Of a stretch of 50,056 bases of DNA, positions 45,432 through 50,056 are shown piece by piece. The DNA lies in the IMG/VR virus record IMGVR_UViG_3300028586_000005, positions 1 through 50,056 of that record. One strand, 5' to 3'. Each line of letters opens with the position of its first letter. Position 1 is the stretch's first letter. This DNA comes from a virus. Lineage: Duplodnaviria; Caudoviricetes. The position numbers and the translations under genes were made by a program. The notes beneath the pieces are model-generated. The model did no database searches. It worked only from the letters and a program-made list of their open reading frames with translations, and was not told where the DNA came from.

Positions 45432-45846
45432 CGCCCTCCGCCGCTTCGCCTCGAAGTGCCGCCACGATGCCGCCACCGGCTGCGTCATCTGGACCGGCGG
45501 CACGACGACGGGGCGAGGCGGCAACGCGCGCGTCGGCGCCTTCAAGTTCGAGGGGAAGCGCTGGGCGGCGCACCGCTGGGCGGCCAAGTATATCCATGGG
45601 CTGGAGATTGAGGGGGCGTCCGTCAGCCAGACTTGCGGTGATCCGCTTTGCCAGCAGCACATTTCCGCTTCTCCTATCCCCTCTGAAACCGACTTCCGTT
45701 ACCACTGGGTGCTCGTGTCGGTCGGCGCCCGTCCGCTTCCCGAGGTCGAGAAGCCCGACGCGGAGGCGGTCCCGTTCTATCTGAAGCCGTCCTGGCTCAG
45801 TCCGTTCGAGAATAAGGAAACCCAAGCTGATGTCGCGCCCTTCTAG
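45421..45846 (+). CDS. Degenerate HNH_3-like protein
   Basis: GCVIWTG, AAHRWA, SQTCGDPLC (catalytic DH replaced by SQ). Confidence 0.65.
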   Translation: MSADALRRFASKCRHDAATGCVIWTGGTTTGRGGNARVGAFKFEGKRWAAHRWAAKYIHGLEIEGASVSQTCGDPLCQQHISASPIPSETDFRYHWVLVSVGARPLPEVEKPDAEAVPFYLKPSWLSPFENKETQADVAPF

Positions 45847-46387
45847 CATCATCGTGTACGATACTGAGACGACTGGACTTATCGCCAACGCGGCGATCCC
45901 CCTCAAAGAACAGCCTCAGATCATCGAGTTGTATGCCTCGAAGCTCGACGGCGAAACGCTGGAGGAGGTCGAGACTTTCCACTCCCTGTTTTATGCGAAG
46001 AACATCACGCCAGAGATTACCAAGATCACGAGCATTACGCCGGAGATGGTCCGCGAAGCGCCGACCTTTCCGCAGATGGTCGACCCCCTCGCCCGGTTCT
46101 TTCTCGGCGTTGAGATGATGGCCGGCCACAACCTTTCCTATGACCGGGACATGCTATCCATCGAGCTACGCCGGCTCGGGCGCGAGTGCCGCTTCCCGTG
46201 GCCACCGCGTCATCTCTGTACGGTGGAGGCCACCGAGCACCTTGAAGGCTTCCGCCTCGGGCTCACTGCTCTCCATGAGAAGCTGTTCGGTTGCGCGTTC
46301 GAGGGGGCTCACCGAGCCAAGTCGGACGTTGACGCGACGGTCAAGTGTTTCCGTAAGTTGGTAGAGGAGGGCACTATAAGCATTTGA
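45830..46387 (+). CDS. dnaQ: DEDDh 3'-5' exonuclease (DnaQ/epsilon-like)
   Basis: YDTETTG, GHNLSYD, AHRAKSDV. Confidence 0.92.
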   Translation: MSRPSSIIVYDTETTGLIANAAIPLKEQPQIIELYASKLDGETLEEVETFHSLFYAKNITPEITKITSITPEMVREAPTFPQMVDPLARFFLGVEMMAGHNLSYDRDMLSIELRRLGRECRFPWPPRHLCTVEATEHLEGFRLGLTALHEKLFGCAFEGAHRAKSDVDATVKCFRKLVEEGTISI

Positions 46388-46422
46388 TTGATGTTCGATG
46401 TTCGATGATGATTTAACGGAGA

Positions 46423-46806
46423 ATGATGATGCTTTTCTATCGCACCGAAAATGGCCGGTACTATCGCACGCAGACCGAGGCTCTGCGCTCCAATCAGGAG
46501 GTCGCGACGCTCAACTGGAGCCACCAGCAGATCGTCGACCAGCTGAACGCGAAAGCGTCGCCGACTGCTGTCGGGTCTGAGACCGCGGCCCGCGGCCCAA
46601 GCCCTGATAGCGATGAGGGGCGGATCGCCGCCATTCTCGCCCGCCGATTGAACTTGTCGGATGAGGACTATGACAAGGCGCTCGACTTGGAGCATAAGAT
46701 TGGGCGCGGGATGAGGTTCAGCGATAAGCAATACAACCTTCTTGACATCCTCTACGACAAGGCGCTGCGCCGCGGGCGTTTCACCAATCGTCCCAACAAC
46801 TACTAA
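46423..46806 (+). CDS. Hypothetical protein
   Basis: GGAG RBS; C-terminal FSDKQ..LL.I. Confidence 0.7.
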   Translation: MMMLFYRTENGRYYRTQTEALRSNQEVATLNWSHQQIVDQLNAKASPTAVGSETAARGPSPDSDEGRIAAILARRLNLSDEDYDKALDLEHKIGRGMRFSDKQYNLLDILYDKALRRGRFTNRPNNY

Positions 46807-46826
46807 TCGACCCGGCGGAGCGGAAA

Positions 46827-49637
46827 ATGAGAGTTCGTACAGGATACAGTTTCCGCTCCGCCATGGGCCGGATTGAGGAAGTCATCGACCAGATCGAGAC
46901 GCCTTGGGCGCCGATCACCGACCGCGCGAACACCTTCGGGTTTAACAACTGGACGAAGCTCTGCAAGAAAAAAGGCAAGCGCCCGATCTATGGCGTTGAG
47001 CTCGCCGTCTCGCCGGAGCCGACCGCCAAGAAGGTTACGCGCTCCCACTTCACCTTCATCGCGACCGATAGTCTTGTCCCGCTCAACCGCCTAGTCTGGC
47101 GCGCGTCCGAGCAGTTCAGGTATGAGCCGCTGCTCCGCTATGAGGACATTGACGAAGTCGCGCGTGACGGTTCACTCCTCATCTTTCCCGGTCGCAACGC
47201 GATCCTCTCCCGGCTCGACCCCAGCTGGGGCAACCTCAAGGTCCTCAACTCGCCCGGCACGCCGTCCGCGATCCTCGATTGGGCGACCGCGAACGGCGTG
47301 GAGTTGGTCGCGAGCAGTGACAATTACTATCCCTGCGCCGACGATCGCGAGGCGTATGAGATACTTTGCGGACGCGGCGCGACCACGCAGACTTTCCCGA
47401 TGCATCTCCTCTCTCGCGGGGAACTCCTCGCGCATTGCGGAGAGGGGGCCGTCGCCGCCGCCGAGCGCCTTGCAGAGCGTTGCACGGCTACCCTACAGCC
47501 GGCGTCGCTCCTCAAGCCGGAGCACCCCGCTACGCTGGAGGAGATGTGCCGCGAGGGGGCCGCGAAGCTCGGCTGCGACCTCACGGATGAAGTTTACGCC
47601 GCTCGCCTGAAGCGCGAGCTTGATATGATCGCGGAGAAGGATTTTGCGGACTATTTCTACATCATCGCTGACTTGGTCGCGTTTGCTAAGAAGCATATGT
47701 TTGTTGGCCCTGCGCGCGGTTCAAGTTGTGGCAGTCTCGTATGCTATCTGCTTGGCATCACTACCATTGACCCGATCCCTTACGATCTCATTTTTGAACG
47801 CTTTATCGACATCAACCGATCCGATCTACCTGATATCGACATTGACTTCAACGATGAGCGGCGGCATCTAGCCTTCGAGTATTTGGAGAGGAAATATGGC
47901 AAGCAGAGGGTTGCTCGCTTGGGTGCTGTATCTCGCTACAAGCCGACTGCCGCGATCAACGAGACGGCAGCAGCCCTCAAGATACCAAAGTGGCGCACCG
48001 AAGCCTTCACCGGCTCCATTATTGACCGAAGCTCCGGCGACGCCCGCGCCCTCCAAGCGATCGAAGACACCTTCAAGGACACCGAAACCGGGCGCAAGCT
48101 CATTGCGGACTTCCCTGAACTATCCCTCGCTCAGCGACTTGAGGGACACCCGCGACATTACACGCAACATGCCGCCGGAGTGGTGGTAACTGAGCGCCCG
48201 GTCGAGGAGTACGTCGCGCGAGACTGCCGCACAAAGGCGCTGATGTGCGACAAGAAGGATGCGGAGGATTTGAACCTCCTCAAGATCGACTGTCTCGGGC
48301 TCACCCAGTTGTCGATCTTTGACGATTGCTTGGAGATGATCGGCAAGACGCCCGATTATCTCATCAATTACCCGACCGACGACAAGGCGGCGTTCGAGGT
48401 CCTCAACCAGAAGCGTTGGAGCGGCATCTTCCAGTTCATGGGGGACGCCCTCCAGTCGATCTGCCAGAGCGTCAAGATCGTCGAGCTGGAGGACATTATC
48501 GCCATCACCGCGCTCGCGCGACCCGGCCCGCTCGCCTCGGGCGGAACGGCGCAGTGGATCGAGCGCAAGAATGGCCGCGAACCGATCACCTATCCCCACC
48601 CGGCGATGGAAGGTATCTTGGGCTCCTCGCTCGGCATCGTCGTGTACCAAGAACAGGTCATGTTGATCGGGCGCGAGATTGGCGGACTTACTTGGGACGA
48701 TGTGACCGCGCTCCGCAAGGCGATGTCTAAGTCTCTCGGCAAGGAGTTCTTCGATCAGTACGGCGACCGCTTCAAGGCCGGCGCGAAGGAACTTAACATG
48801 AACCCGGAGAAGCTGAACCGGCTCTGGGATGATCTCTGCGCCTATGGCTCTTGGGCGTTCAACCGCTCGCACTCGGTCGCCTATGGCCTTATCAGCTACT
48901 GGTGCTGCGTCCTCAAGGCGCACCACCCGCTAGAGTTCGCAGCGGCGACCCTCTCCCACCAAGATGATCCCAACAAGCAGCTCAAGATGCTTCGCGAGAT
49001 GGTCCGGGAGGGTTACGATTACCAGCCGGTTGACAAGGACCTATCGACGAACAAGTGGCAGGCGGGCAACGGGAAGTTGATCGGCCCCCTCACCAACGTC
49101 CAGGGCCTCGGTCCGAAGATGATGGAAGAGGTTCTGTCGGCCCGCGTCAACGGGCATGATATCCCGAAGCGCGCGGCGAAGCTCCTAGCGGAGCCTATTA
49201 CCAAGATCGACGAATTGAACCCGGTCGACAAGCGCTTGCGGGAGCTAGTACCTGAAGGGCTCCCGTCTATCAATATCTTGACCCGTCCGACCGACATCAT
49301 CGACTGTCAATGTGAGACGCTCGGCGGCAAGGAAATGCTCGTCATATGCAAGATTATGGATATCAACCCGCGGAACCTGAACGAACCGCAGCTGGTCGCG
49401 AAGCGCAATGGCCGTGAGATCGCCGCCGACCGCGCCGACTTCCTCAACCTAATTATCGAGGACGACACGGACCAGATACGGGCGACCGTCTGGTCCCGTC
49501 AATTCGAGAAGGTTGCACGAGAGATCATGAATAGGGGCGACGCCGGCAACGTACTGTATGCGATCAAGGGGAAGCTCGGCACCGAGTTCCGCGGGATAGA
49601 CGTTGACCGGATCAAGTTCTTGGGGACTATGAAGTGA
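46827..49637 (+). CDS. dnaE: Family C DNA polymerase (Pol III alpha-like) with degenerate PHP domain
   Basis: GPARGS, FERF, PDIDIDF, HAAGVV, KIDCLGL, VYQEQVM, AFNRSHS. Confidence 0.96.
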   Translation: MRVRTGYSFRSAMGRIEEVIDQIETPWAPITDRANTFGFNNWTKLCKKKGKRPIYGVELAVSPEPTAKKVTRSHFTFIATDSLVPLNRLVWRASEQFRYEPLLRYEDIDEVARDGSLLIFPGRNAILSRLDPSWGNLKVLNSPGTPSAILDWATANGVELVASSDNYYPCADDREAYEILCGRGATTQTFPMHLLSRGELLAHCGEGAVAAAERLAERCTATLQPASLLKPEHPATLEEMCREGAAKLGCDLTDEVYAARLKRELDMIAEKDFADYFYIIADLVAFAKKHMFVGPARGSSCGSLVCYLLGITTIDPIPYDLIFERFIDINRSDLPDIDIDFNDERRHLAFEYLERKYGKQRVARLGAVSRYKPTAAINETAAALKIPKWRTEAFTGSIIDRSSGDARALQAIEDTFKDTETGRKLIADFPELSLAQRLEGHPRHYTQHAAGVVVTERPVEEYVARDCRTKALMCDKKDAEDLNLLKIDCLGLTQLSIFDDCLEMIGKTPDYLINYPTDDKAAFEVLNQKRWSGIFQFMGDALQSICQSVKIVELEDIIAITALARPGPLASGGTAQWIERKNGREPITYPHPAMEGILGSSLGIVVYQEQVMLIGREIGGLTWDDVTALRKAMSKSLGKEFFDQYGDRFKAGAKELNMNPEKLNRLWDDLCAYGSWAFNRSHSVAYGLISYWCCVLKAHHPLEFAAATLSHQDDPNKQLKMLREMVREGYDYQPVDKDLSTNKWQAGNGKLIGPLTNVQGLGPKMMEEVLSARVNGHDIPKRAAKLLAEPITKIDELNPVDKRLRELVPEGLPSINILTRPTDIIDCQCETLGGKEMLVICKIMDINPRNLNEPQLVAKRNGREIAADRADFLNLIIEDDTDQIRATVWSRQFEKVAREIMNRGDAGNVLYAIKGKLGTEFRGIDVDRIKFLGTMK

Positions 49638-50056
49638 TTACTGATCTGAGCCAGCTGCCCGCCGTCGCCGCCTACCTCCGCCGGGTCGGCGCCGAGGCGA
49701 TGAACTTCAAGACGGCCACCGTTACTGAGATGCGAAACGGCTATCCCTTCGCCGCCGGTCGCATCACCTTCGGTCCCTCCGGCTCGGTCAGCGTCCACGG
49801 CGACGCCGCCCCGCCGACGCCCGAGGAGCGCGAGGCCATCGCCGCCGACTTCGAAGGCGCCGAGTTCCCCAAGCTCATTACCCTCGCCGCGATCGGAGAC
49901 GGTCCCCCGGACTGCGACTTGGACGACCCCAAGACGTTCATCTGCCACGACTTTGACGGTCAGGTCGTCATGGTTCACCAGCGCTACCAGACGAAGGATG
50001 GGGGCAAGGGCTTCATCCCTTGGACGCGATGGAGCGACGGCAAGTGGCGCAAGATG
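49634..50056 (+). CDS. 5' part of the primase-helicase (continues at position 128)
   Basis: GTGA overlap with the dnaE stop; open frame MITDLSQLPAVAAYLRRVGAE... running into the terminal repeat. Confidence 0.85.
   Translation, partial: MITDLSQLPAVAAYLRRVGAEAMNFKTATVTEMRNGYPFAAGRITFGPSGSVSVHGDAAPPTPEEREAIAADFEGAEFPKLITLAAIGDGPPDCDLDDPKTFICHDFDGQVVMVHQRYQTKDGGKGFIPWTRWSDGKWRKM
49930..50056. repeat. Terminal direct repeat copy 2
   Basis: Identical to 1-127. Confidence 0.95.

Noticed and set aside
46386-46432. GATGTTC x2 and GAT repeats upstream of a gene
   Set aside because: Too short to distinguish from chance
48295-48325. QLSIF as a beta-clamp-binding motif in DnaE
   Set aside because: It directly follows the catalytic KIDxLGL strand in the palm domain, not a clamp-binding position
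1-50056. tRNA genes, integrase/attP, stop-codon reassignment
   Set aside because: No T-loop/cloverleaf or recombinase motifs noticed by eye; conserved genes are intact in the standard code. tRNAscan-SE was not run.

Overview
This window appears to be a complete, circularly permuted genome of a GC-rich tailed dsDNA phage. It is about 49,929 bp unique, because bases 1-127 repeat exactly at 49930-50056, and the primase-helicase gene runs across the join. The minus strand (about 5.2-26.6 kb) is a siphovirus late operon: HNH/terminase, HK97-type portal, ClpP-type protease, capsid, neck, tail (with a -1 frameshift chaperone), tape measure, tail tip and a GH108 lysis cassette. The plus strand (26.9 kb round to 5.1 kb) carries the early and replication genes. 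These include four matching sigma70-like promoters, many small unknown genes, a sulfotransferase-like gene and three carbohydrate-active genes. There is also a putative nucleotide-modification cluster (flavoprotein, non-canonical ThyX, HAD phosphatase, MazG-like proteins), DnaQ, a DnaE-type polymerase, primase-helicase, DUF932 and an SNF2 helicase. I found no integrase, repressor, tRNA or CRISPR array, so it is probably lytic. An alphaproteobacterial (possibly sphingomonad) host is a guess. Best leads: (1) an 845-aa SGNH-esterase/lectin protein whose N-terminus is a paralogue of a small neck-operon protein, suggesting an anchor-plus-enzyme virion display system; (2) the ThyX-like/flavoprotein cluster next to the phage's own DnaE, a candidate new base-modification pathway. 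All family calls come from motif recognition by eye; no database searches were run.
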